From assembly GCA_024639205.1 (NCBI GenBank), contig JAHEIV010000002.1, forward strand, positions 1 to 34,378: 34,378 bases of DNA. The letters are read 5' to 3'. Below, piece after piece: positions 16,656 to 25,038 of the stretch. The position numbers and the translations under genes are program-made. The stretch comes from Deltaproteobacteria bacterium (GTDB lineage: Bacteria; Desulfobacterota; Desulfobacteria; Desulfobacterales; SG8-13). The notes under the pieces are model-generated. The model was not told where the DNA came from. It saw nothing but the letters and a program-made list of their open reading frames with translations, and searched no databases. Each line of letters starts with the position of its first letter. Position 1 is the stretch's first letter.

Positions 16656-19145
16656 ATGATGCCCCCCACAATTTGCGATCTGTGCGGTCTCAGCCTGCGC
16701 TTTGGAAGCTGTTCGCTGGAATCTTCCTGCAAGACGTATATTTTCTGCTGCCAGGGTTGCCGCCAGGTATTTCAGATGCTGGTGCAGGCCAGCGATTCCG
16801 GCGATCCGGCCCGGTTCAAGGAAACCGAACTCTTCCAACGCTGCCGGGAGATGGGAATTATCCCCGGATCCGAGGAGGAACTTCGGCAAAGAGCTTCACC
16901 AGATCAGTCGACAACCGGTTCTTCACACGCGGATCCTGCCGGCCCACCAGCCACTCCAATAGCAGACGCGCTTGCTTTGAATCTTCAGATCGAAGGCATG
17001 TGGTGCCCAGCCTGTGCCTGGGTGATCGACCAGGGCGTGAAGAAGATTCCCGGCGTTATCGATTCCTCCTGCAATTTTTCCACCGACCGGCTGCGTTGCC
17101 GCTACAGCCCTGTCATTACGTCCCCTGATCAAATCGTAGAATCGATCCGCAAGCTTGGCTACCGGGCTGCAGAGCCCGGGGAAGCTGGTAGCAAGAGGAA
17201 AGACCGCAGGGAGTTCATTCGTTTTGCCATTTCTGCTTTTTTGACCATGAACGTGATGATGCTCTCCTTCGCCCTTTACTCCGGGTTTTTCAGCGATCTT
17301 TCCACCGATTCGGTAGCAAAGCTTTCCTGGCCGATATTTATCATGGCTTCAGTGGTGATGATCTATGGCGGTCGCAACATTTTCCGTCGGGCGCTGACCG
17401 GCCTGTATTCCGCTGCAGCCAGCATGGAAGCACTGATCGCCGTGGGATCCGGCAGTGCCTATTTTTACGGCGTTTTCAATTTTTTTCAGGGGAACATTCA
17501 TCTTTACTTCGACACCGCATCCATGTTGATCACGCTGGTCCTGCTGGGCAAGCTGCTGGAGCGCAACGCCAAGCAGCGGGTGCAGCAAGACCTGGAGACT
17601 TTTTTTTCCATTCGTCCCACCAAGGTCAGGATCTGCAGCCCCGGGTTTCCGGAGGGGCGCTACCAGGCGGCAGCCAGCCTTCAGCCCGGTGATATCTTCC
17701 AAATCGAAGAAGGAGAAATTCTGCCGGCCGACGGGCTCGTCGTAAACGGCAACGGCATGCTGGACGAGTCGGCCCTGACCGGCGAAGCCCGACCGTTACG
17801 CAAAGAAAGCGGTGAGCGCGTCCGGAGCGGCTCGCGCGTGCTGCAGGGAAATTTTCGCATCAAAGCCGAAGCGGTCGGCGCAGGGTCGGTGTTGGGGCTG
17901 ATGATTCAGATCATGGAAGATGCGCTTAACCGCAAAACTCCGTTTGAGGCGAAAACCGATCGGATCCTTCGATGGTTCGTTCCGGCGATCATCTTACTGG
18001 CTGCCGGCACGGGTATTACGGGTCGGCTGATGGGGTTGTCGCTGGAAAGCGCCCTGCTTCGGGCGGTGACCGTCTGCGTCATTTCTTGCCCCTGTGCCCT
18101 GGGGGTAGCTATTCCTCTGGCTCGCGTGGCCGGGATTTCCGTCGCCAGTCGCTTCGGAATCCTGGTAAGGGAATTTTCTGCCTTTGAAATGGCCACCAGA
18201 GTCGATACATTTGTATTCGACAAGACCGGAACGCTCACGATGGGACAGTGGAAACTGCTCCGGGTGGAAACGCTGAGCGACTTTACGGCCGAGCAGGTTC
18301 TGGCCGTTGCCGCCGCTCTAGAGGCGACCTCAGATCATCAGGTGGCCACGGAAATCAAACGGCGGGCTCACCGGAAGCAGCTGCCACCGATGCCGGTCAG
18401 CGAAGCTCACGTCCGCAACTCAGGGGTTATCGGCCGGTACAATGGAGATGAAGTTAAAATCGGCTCCCGGGGATTTCTGCAGCGGGAAATCGAAGCTTCT
18501 CCGCCGATTTCAAACACGGCGCAGCCTCACCCGGAGGATCCGATCTCGGTGGTGTACATGAGTTACGGCGGTAAGCTTTGTGCACTGCTGGTGTTCGGCG
18601 ATGAAATTCGGGCAACGGCCAAAGACACCGTTGCATCTCTATCGAAGGAAAAGTATCGTATTTGCCTGGTTTCCGGAGACGGCGCTGCCGCCACCCGCTA
18701 TGTTGCAGAATCCCTAAACATCCCGGAGTATCGCGGCGAACAACTGCCCTGGGAGAAAGCAAGCACCATCGAGGATTTGCGCAACAGCAACCGGTGCGTA
18801 TCCATGGTCGGCGACGGGGTAAACGATGCGCCGGCGCTGGCTAAAGCCGACCTGGCTATCGCGGTCCATTCCGGCAGCCCGCTTGGCAAAGAGGTGGCCG
18901 GCATTACCTTGATGCGCGGCGAACCTTCACAGATCCTTGATTTTCTCACACTGGCCCAAAAGACCCACCGCAAAGTACAGCAGAATCTCTGGTGCGCTTT
19001 TTTTTACAACGTGATCAGCATACCGGTTGCCATGAGCGGTCTGTTGAACCCCCTGGTGGCCGTTAGCGCCATGCTGCTCAGCAGTTTGAGCGTAATCGGA
19101 AATACCCTCTTGCTCACACGCAGCAGTAAGGAAGCCGGCTGCTGA
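16656..19145 (+). CDS. ccoI: Copper-translocating P1B-type ATPase, CcoI/FixI-like
   Basis: N-terminal Cys-rich domain CDLCGL...CCQGC. HMA motif GMWCPAC. TGE (LTGEARP), CPC (SCPCALG), DKTGTLT and GDGVNDAPAL are all present. ATG 16656 is preferred; the track start at 16629 is a TTG. Sits in a cbb3 cluster. Confidence 0.9.
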   Translation: MMPPTICDLCGLSLRFGSCSLESSCKTYIFCCQGCRQVFQMLVQASDSGDPARFKETELFQRCREMGIIPGSEEELRQRASPDQSTTGSSHADPAGPPATPIADALALNLQIEGMWCPACAWVIDQGVKKIPGVIDSSCNFSTDRLRCRYSPVITSPDQIVESIRKLGYRAAEPGEAGSKRKDRREFIRFAISAFLTMNVMMLSFALYSGFFSDLSTDSVAKLSWPIFIMASVVMIYGGRNIFRRALTGLYSAAASMEALIAVGSGSAYFYGVFNFFQGNIHLYFDTASMLITLVLLGKLLERNAKQRVQQDLETFFSIRPTKVRICSPGFPEGRYQAAASLQPGDIFQIEEGEILPADGLVVNGNGMLDESALTGEARPLRKESGERVRSGSRVLQGNFRIKAEAVGAGSVLGLMIQIMEDALNRKTPFEAKTDRILRWFVPAIILLAAGTGITGRLMGLSLESALLRAVTVCVISCPCALGVAIPLARVAGISVASRFGILVREFSAFEMATRVDTFVFDKTGTLTMGQWKLLRVETLSDFTAEQVLAVAAALEATSDHQVATEIKRRAHRKQLPPMPVSEAHVRNSGVIGRYNGDEVKIGSRGFLQREIEASPPISNTAQPHPEDPISVVYMSYGGKLCALLVFGDEIRATAKDTVASLSKEKYRICLVSGDGAAATRYVAESLNIPEYRGEQLPWEKASTIEDLRNSNRCVSMVGDGVNDAPALAKADLAIAVHSGSPLGKEVAGITLMRGEPSQILDFLTLAQKTHRKVQQNLWCAFFYNVISIPVAMSGLLNPLVAVSAMLLSSLSVIGNTLLLTRSSKEAGC

Positions 19146-19168
19146 GCGTGAGACCTACCAACATTCGG

Positions 19169-19196
19169 TCGAAGGGCTCTTTCGAAGCCAATTTTT
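19169..19196 (+). terminator. Weak intrinsic-terminator-like hairpin after ccoI
   Basis: TCGAAGG (19169-19175) pairs with CTTTCGA (19179-19185), 7 bp including one G-U, with a 3-nt loop. TTTTT at 19192-19196. Confidence 0.35.
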
Positions 19197-19221
19197 CCTT
19201 GTCAAGCCGGCGGTTTCGGGG

Positions 19222-19251
19222 TTGCTTGAACTACGATGAGTGTGTTACAAT
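19222..19251 (+). promoter_or_regulatory. Sigma70-like promoter with extended -10, about 340 nt upstream of prkA
   Basis: TTGCTT (19222-19227), 18-nt spacer, TGtTACAAT (TG at 19243-19244, TACAAT at 19246-19251). Confidence 0.45.
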
Positions 19252-19591
19252 GTATATCAAACACAGTATTCTATTCGCATCACCCGATCAGGTTCTGTCC
19301 CGGATCAACGCAGCATGCAGTTGATCTGATTTTTAACTGTGATTATTATGTATGCAGAGATGCTACCGTTCAGGGTGAGACTGCCGGAAAACGATTTCAC
19401 CCCACTTCAGTGAAACCTGCCATCGCTCTGCACGCTCTGTATTGGTGAGGGACAGAAACTTTTCTTCAAATTGCGGTTGATTCCATTTCTTTGCAGACCG
19501 GGACCCAAAGCCCGCATGTCTTATCGACACGATAGCGGCAGGATGCAAAAGTTGGAATCCTTGAAACAACAGCTCACAGGCGGGAGGAAAC

Positions 19592-21652
19592 ATGACAGAC
19601 GCAAACCTTCGGTCCCTTCAACATCACCTTGTCGAGGTAAAAGAAGGCAAACGTGTATTTGAGAACGCCTTTCAGGGCGTTGCGCGGATGGTATTGGAAA
19701 GCGAGATTGACAAGGTGATCGTCAATGGCAAAACTACGTATGATTTCAGCATCTTCCGCAATGGCAAGAAGCACGTTATCGGCATGTATGATGAAATCAA
19801 CAGTTTTGTTTCCTATGTCAAGGATGCCTCCGAACGGGGTTCGTCTTCCGAAATGGCTTTCGTGCTGGTCGGAGAGCCCGGAAACGGGAAAACTTTTTTT
19901 GTGGAATATCTCTGCGCGAAGTATCGAGAGTTTCTCGCTCTGAAAGAAAACCGCAAATACACCTTCCGCTTCAACCACATTGACCGTCTGGAGAGCTACG
20001 GGAGCATCCGCAGCATTGAATCCCAAACGTATGAAGATCCGGCAATTCTGGCCATGAACCTGTTTGAAAGCCAGGATGAGAGCAGACAATGGCTTGCCAG
20101 CCAGGTTGGTTTTTCAGAAGACGAGATCGAACAGCTCTACGAGAATTACCGGCCCCTGGGTGCCTGCAGCGGGTATATTTGGAACGACATTCGAGCGCAT
20201 ACCGATGGCAATATCGATAGCATGCTAGAATCTATCGAAATCGTACCGGTACCCCTGACCGAAAGTCTTGGTACGGTTACGGGCAAGTATCCGGCCAAAG
20301 ACAAAATCACCTCATCGGCCGTTGATCTGCTCGGAGAAGAGTCGATACAGCGTTTGCTGCACATTTCGGACACCAACAATCCGTACCGCTTTGACCTGAG
20401 AAGAGGGGCCCTGGCCCGGGTGGCCGGAGGCGGTATTCATTTCAGCGACGAAATCTATAAAAACAAAAAGGATCTGGTACAGGTTTACCTGGGCGTCATT
20501 CAGAACCGCAATATCGAAATAGACGGGTACAAATGGCCGATTGACACACTGATCATCGCCACCAGCAACAACTCGGAGTTTCACCGGTTTCTGGCCGAAA
20601 AAGAAGAGGCCCCGATCGTTGACCGCTGCAGAATCTGCTACGTTTCTCACAACACCAACTACAAATTGCAGAAGCAACTGACCCAGTATGCCATCGGAAA
20701 TGAAACCCGCACGACCCTCAATCGCGAGTTCCTGCATCAGGATCCGAACCTGAATTACTCCGCATCCGTGGCGGCCGTGCTGACCCGTTTGCCGCGCAGC
20801 GAAAAACTCACGCCGGTGGAAACAATGAAGTTGGCCGCTGGTGAAGTGGCCGGTGAGAAGAGTATCAAAACCCTTGCCGAGGTCATCGATATCCTCAATC
20901 AAGATCCGGAGATCATCAACCGCTTCGGACAAAAAGGACTCGGCCAGCGCAATCTGGGGCGTGCCATTCAGCTTTTGATCGAAAGCTCCGAGACCAATGA
21001 GGGCAAATGCATGTTCGCCTATGACGTGTCGAAGGCCCTGGAGCGGGTGATCCTGGACTACGTCACCGAAGCCAACGATCGCGCCAAGTACCTGGAGGAT
21101 TTGAAAACGGCCAAGGGGTTGTACCGCGAGCGGATCATGACGGAGATGTTCAATGCCTACATGGACGAACCGTTAGCCATTCGCAAAGACGTGATGAACT
21201 ACGTCAATATGATTATCGGAATCGATGCCGAGAACCTGGGTGCGGATAAGATGTGGAAATACAAAGATCCCCAGACAGGCGAACTCAAAGCACTGAAAAT
21301 CGACGAACGCTTTATCAACAGTATCGAGGAGCGGCTGGGTCTTAAAACCGCCGAACAACGGGAAACTTTTCGGACATCCATCCGCAAGATTTACGGGCAG
21401 AAGATCTCTGTCGAGCCGGACTACGATTTCATGGACAACCTGGAGCTGGTCAAAGCGGTAACCGATGTACGCTTGAAATCGGATATCGCCGGTGCCGGCA
21501 GCCTGATCGGTGCGCTGGCTAACCGGACCAATGAAGAGAACCAGAAACTCTACGACCGCATGGTAGATACCATGCTGAACAAGTTGGGGTATTGCCGGAC
21601 TTGCGCGCAGAAGACCATCGAGTACTTCTGTACGCAAGAAGACGAAAACTAA
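19592..21652 (+). CDS. prkA: PrkA/YeaG-family AAA protein (annotated serine protein kinase)
   Basis: Walker A GEPGNGKT. A 686-aa protein followed by DUF444 and SpoVR genes is the conserved prkA-yhbH-spoVR synteny. Strong RBS GGGAGGAAAC before the ATG. Confidence 0.85.
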   Translation: MTDANLRSLQHHLVEVKEGKRVFENAFQGVARMVLESEIDKVIVNGKTTYDFSIFRNGKKHVIGMYDEINSFVSYVKDASERGSSSEMAFVLVGEPGNGKTFFVEYLCAKYREFLALKENRKYTFRFNHIDRLESYGSIRSIESQTYEDPAILAMNLFESQDESRQWLASQVGFSEDEIEQLYENYRPLGACSGYIWNDIRAHTDGNIDSMLESIEIVPVPLTESLGTVTGKYPAKDKITSSAVDLLGEESIQRLLHISDTNNPYRFDLRRGALARVAGGGIHFSDEIYKNKKDLVQVYLGVIQNRNIEIDGYKWPIDTLIIATSNNSEFHRFLAEKEEAPIVDRCRICYVSHNTNYKLQKQLTQYAIGNETRTTLNREFLHQDPNLNYSASVAAVLTRLPRSEKLTPVETMKLAAGEVAGEKSIKTLAEVIDILNQDPEIINRFGQKGLGQRNLGRAIQLLIESSETNEGKCMFAYDVSKALERVILDYVTEANDRAKYLEDLKTAKGLYRERIMTEMFNAYMDEPLAIRKDVMNYVNMIIGIDAENLGADKMWKYKDPQTGELKALKIDERFINSIEERLGLKTAEQRETFRTSIRKIYGQKISVEPDYDFMDNLELVKAVTDVRLKSDIAGAGSLIGALANRTNEENQKLYDRMVDTMLNKLGYCRTCAQKTIEYFCTQEDEN

Positions 21653-21870
21653 AGCGGTTTCAAATCATCATCTCTCGCCCGATGGCGGCGTTATTTCACG
21701 AATCGAAATGCTCACGTACTTGCGTGTACGCTCCGCTTTCAATCCGCGAAATGCCTTGCCATCGGACGCGACCTAACGCTTTCAAGCCCCTTTAGCTTCG
21801 CCTGACCTGAGGCCTCGATTCCATTTCCGCTTATGTTCAAAAATATGATCCACCACAGAAAAACGACAGC

Positions 21871-23268
21871 ATGAAAGACAGCCGATTCGACATATACGAA
21901 AATTTGAAGGCGGACGGTCTCACGACCGAGCAGGAGAAGATCATCCGTGAGGAGCTGGAGGATGACCGCCAGCATGTGCTGCCGGGAGACAGGCAGGATT
22001 CGGAGGCAGAGGACTGCTTTCTGCGGTGGGTGCCGGAGACGATTTACGAATTCTACGACCTGATTCACCTGCAGGCAATGAGCGCGATGCAAAGCGGATA
22101 TACCGCTACCGCGCGGTCGATCGACGAGCTGCTGGAGCGAGACCAACAGAGGGAGAGCGACGGTTTTCCCCGCAAGATCAATGTGGGTCGGCTGATCAAG
22201 CCGGGCAAGGGCGGAAAAACCAAAATTGTCATCGTTCCCACCACCGTCGAAGAAAAATTCATGCACGATCCGTCCTTTCGAACCGACGAAAACGGAGAAG
22301 GACAATCTTCGGGCGGAACCGGAGAAGGCGAAGAAGGCGAAGTGATCGGAGAACAACCGGTACGACCGGAGGGCGAGACCGGCAGTGGCCCCGGTGAAGG
22401 GGAAGGCGGCCCTCACGAGCTGGAATCGAACGCCTATGATCTGGGCCGGATCCTCACCGAACAGTTTAAACTGCCGAATCTCAAGGAGAAGGGCAAGAAG
22501 CGATCGTTGACGCGCTATACCTATGATTTGACGGACAGACATCGCGGCTTCGGTCAGGTTCTCGATAAAAAAGCCACGCTGCGCCGCATCCTCGAGACCA
22601 ACATCCACCTCGGCAACGTACCGGATGTCGATCGTATCAATCCGAGCGATTTTCTGGTTTCACCCGGTGATCGAATTTTTCGGATTTTATCCAGAGAAAA
22701 AGATTACGAATCCCAGGCCATGATTTTCTTCGTGCGAGATTACTCCGGGTCGATGGCCGGGAAGGCAACCGAAATGGTGGTCGCCCAGCACGTGCTGATT
22801 TACAGCTGGCTGCTTTACCAGTATGCCATGCAGGTGGAGACCCGCTTTATACTTCACGATACCGAGGCCAAGGAGGTGCCGGATTTTTATACCTACTACA
22901 ACTCATCGGTAGCCGGCGGAACCCAGGTGGCATCCGCCTACCGGCTGGTTAACGAAATCATAGAAAAAGAAAACCTCGTTCGGGAATACAACATTTACGT
23001 TTTCCATGGCACGGACGGTGACGACTGGGACACCGATGGCAAAGAGGCCATTCCAGAGCTGAAAAAAATGCTGGAGTATGCCAGCCGGGTCGGTATTACC
23101 ATTGCCGAGCATTCCTACCGGGCCGGCAAGAACAGCGAAGTGGAGAAATACGTCAAAAATTCCAAACTGCTGGAAGAAAAACCCAAGTTGATCCGGCTGG
23201 ATGTGATCGGTGAGGATGCCGGCGAGCAGCGATTAATCGAAGGGATCAAGAAGTTGATATCAGAGTGA
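21871..23268 (+). CDS. yeaH: YeaH/YhbH-family protein (DUF444, vWA-like domain)
   Basis: Gly/Glu-rich tract (GEGQSSGGTGEGEEGE...GEGEGG) followed by FKLPNLK (compare the E. coli YeaH LALPNLK block, as recalled). MIDAS-like VRDYSGSM. HGTDGDDW near the C-terminus. Confidence 0.85.
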   Translation: MKDSRFDIYENLKADGLTTEQEKIIREELEDDRQHVLPGDRQDSEAEDCFLRWVPETIYEFYDLIHLQAMSAMQSGYTATARSIDELLERDQQRESDGFPRKINVGRLIKPGKGGKTKIVIVPTTVEEKFMHDPSFRTDENGEGQSSGGTGEGEEGEVIGEQPVRPEGETGSGPGEGEGGPHELESNAYDLGRILTEQFKLPNLKEKGKKRSLTRYTYDLTDRHRGFGQVLDKKATLRRILETNIHLGNVPDVDRINPSDFLVSPGDRIFRILSREKDYESQAMIFFVRDYSGSMAGKATEMVVAQHVLIYSWLLYQYAMQVETRFILHDTEAKEVPDFYTYYNSSVAGGTQVASAYRLVNEIIEKENLVREYNIYVFHGTDGDDWDTDGKEAIPELKKMLEYASRVGITIAEHSYRAGKNSEVEKYVKNSKLLEEKPKLIRLDVIGEDAGEQRLIEGIKKLISE

Positions 23269-23330
23269 GTGCGGCTGCGATCTGCCCGCCCTGGCCGCTG
23301 CACACAAGCATATACGCTTTTACAGTGAAA

Positions 23331-24986
23331 ATGGAACTCGTCGACCAACATACCAAAGAAATTATGGAGGGATGCAAGGAGCGCGCCCTGGAGGCCGGGC
23401 TGCGCTTCGAGAACGAATCGCTCGAATACATCGTCACCAATCGGGACTTGCTGGAGCTTACACCCAAAGTTATGATTCCAACGCTCTACGATTACTGGGT
23501 TCACGACGTGGAGGTGCTCAAGGAAAAGGGACGCTACGAACTCTACCCCAGCAATCCTTACGAAACAGTGATCAACACCCGCCCGGCGATCTCTTACTAC
23601 AACGACAACAACCCGGACTGGATGAACGTAATGATATTCTACCATGTTCTGGGACACATCGATTTCTTTCAGAACAATCTTTACTTCCGTCACACCTGGG
23701 ATTACGATTTCAACGGGCGGGCGCTTTCCGACAAACGCCTGATTGCCGCGCTGCGTTCGGAGAAAGGCCGCTGGGTGGACTACATCATTGAATTCTCCAG
23801 GGGAATCGACAACCTGGTCGGGTACCATCGCGAACTCTCCGGACTCGATCCTCCGCCGACCAGCGATGGGTCTGCGCGGATCAATTACTATTTCGACGTT
23901 TTCCTGCAGGATACCCAAAAAGTCAACATCAGTGAATACATAAAGGAAATAGAACGGTATAATCAGTGTATGCGCGAGGAGAGCGAAAACGGAGAAAAAA
24001 CTTTTTTTTCGGAAGTGCGGAAAAAATATCCGGAGTTCGACTCTTTGTACAGCAAAAGCCTGAAAGAGAAGCGCAATGGGCGTCCGGATCTTTTTCAATA
24101 CCTGCTGGAGAACTCCGAGTTTTTACAAAAAGAAGATAACGTGTGGATGAAATCCATCATGGAAGTGGTGCGCAACACATCTGTTTTTTTGCAGCCCCAA
24201 ATCCGCACAAAGATAATGAATGAAGGGTGGGCCAGCTACTGGCACGAAAAACTATTTTTAGAGGATGATCGGATCAAAGGACATGAAGTCGATTTCGCCC
24301 GAACCCACGCCGGGGTCACATCACTGCCGCGTGTCGGACTAAACCCGTATGCACTGGGTTTGCGAATGTTTTACTTCATTGAAGAACTAGGCGATACCGG
24401 CCGTTACTCCACGGAATACAGACGACTGTCGGATACCGCGCAACGCAAAGCCTACGACAATCACAGCCAAAAAGGGCAGGAATTTATCTTCAAGGTGCGC
24501 GAAAACCTTTGTGACTTCACCTTCATCAACACATTTGTCGATCAAGACTTTGTCAGCCAAAACAAGCTGTTCGTGGCCGGGAAACGGCTGAATAAGGAAA
24601 AAATGGTCTGGGAGTATTACGTCAAAAGCCGCAAGGCAGAGGATTACCGTCAAATGCTGATGGACGGATTGTACCATCCGCCGCACATCGAAATTTATGA
24701 AAAAAAAGATGCCGACGGCGTTCTTTACCTCGTCCATCATTTTGAAGACAAACCGCTGGTAAAAGAGTTTGTTGCCAACACAATGCTCGGTATCGAATAC
24801 TTATGGGGCAATCCGGTCCAGCTGGAAACCAGCGAGGTTATAACCAGCGCTTCGGAAACCTCGGGCAGCAGCGCTGCCGGCGCAATGCAAGAGGTGCTAA
24901 AGCCATCGGATTTCAAATGGGAACGGGTTGTTTACACTATGAAAAACCGTGAACTCAGCCGACAGGTGATGGCCCAGGAGAAATAA
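23331..24986 (+). CDS. spoVR: SpoVR/YcgB-family protein
   Basis: YHVLGHIDFFQNNLYF matches the conserved SpoVR block (E. coli YcgB ..YGHNSFFKNN.., as recalled). NEGWASYWH block. The start is uncertain: ATG 23331 is preferred, and the alternative GTG 23265 would overlap the yeaH stop (GTGA). Confidence 0.8.
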   Translation: MELVDQHTKEIMEGCKERALEAGLRFENESLEYIVTNRDLLELTPKVMIPTLYDYWVHDVEVLKEKGRYELYPSNPYETVINTRPAISYYNDNNPDWMNVMIFYHVLGHIDFFQNNLYFRHTWDYDFNGRALSDKRLIAALRSEKGRWVDYIIEFSRGIDNLVGYHRELSGLDPPPTSDGSARINYYFDVFLQDTQKVNISEYIKEIERYNQCMREESENGEKTFFSEVRKKYPEFDSLYSKSLKEKRNGRPDLFQYLLENSEFLQKEDNVWMKSIMEVVRNTSVFLQPQIRTKIMNEGWASYWHEKLFLEDDRIKGHEVDFARTHAGVTSLPRVGLNPYALGLRMFYFIEELGDTGRYSTEYRRLSDTAQRKAYDNHSQKGQEFIFKVRENLCDFTFINTFVDQDFVSQNKLFVAGKRLNKEKMVWEYYVKSRKAEDYRQMLMDGLYHPPHIEIYEKKDADGVLYLVHHFEDKPLVKEFVANTMLGIEYLWGNPVQLETSEVITSASETSGSSAAGAMQEVLKPSDFKWERVVYTMKNRELSRQVMAQEK

Positions 24987-25038
24987 GCAGCGCGGGTATA
25001 TTCAAATTCGGCCATACGCTGCGCACAGGGGGGAATTT

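Noticed and set aside
19236-19662. ORFs of 70 aa (19236-19448) and 63 aa (19471-19662) in the prkA upstream region, and a possible uORF from ATG 19516.
   Set aside because: The first starts upstream of the predicted -10 box and has odd composition. The others overlap the prkA start out of frame, lack an RBS and are Arg/Lys/Ser-rich. The region is better explained as an RNA leader.
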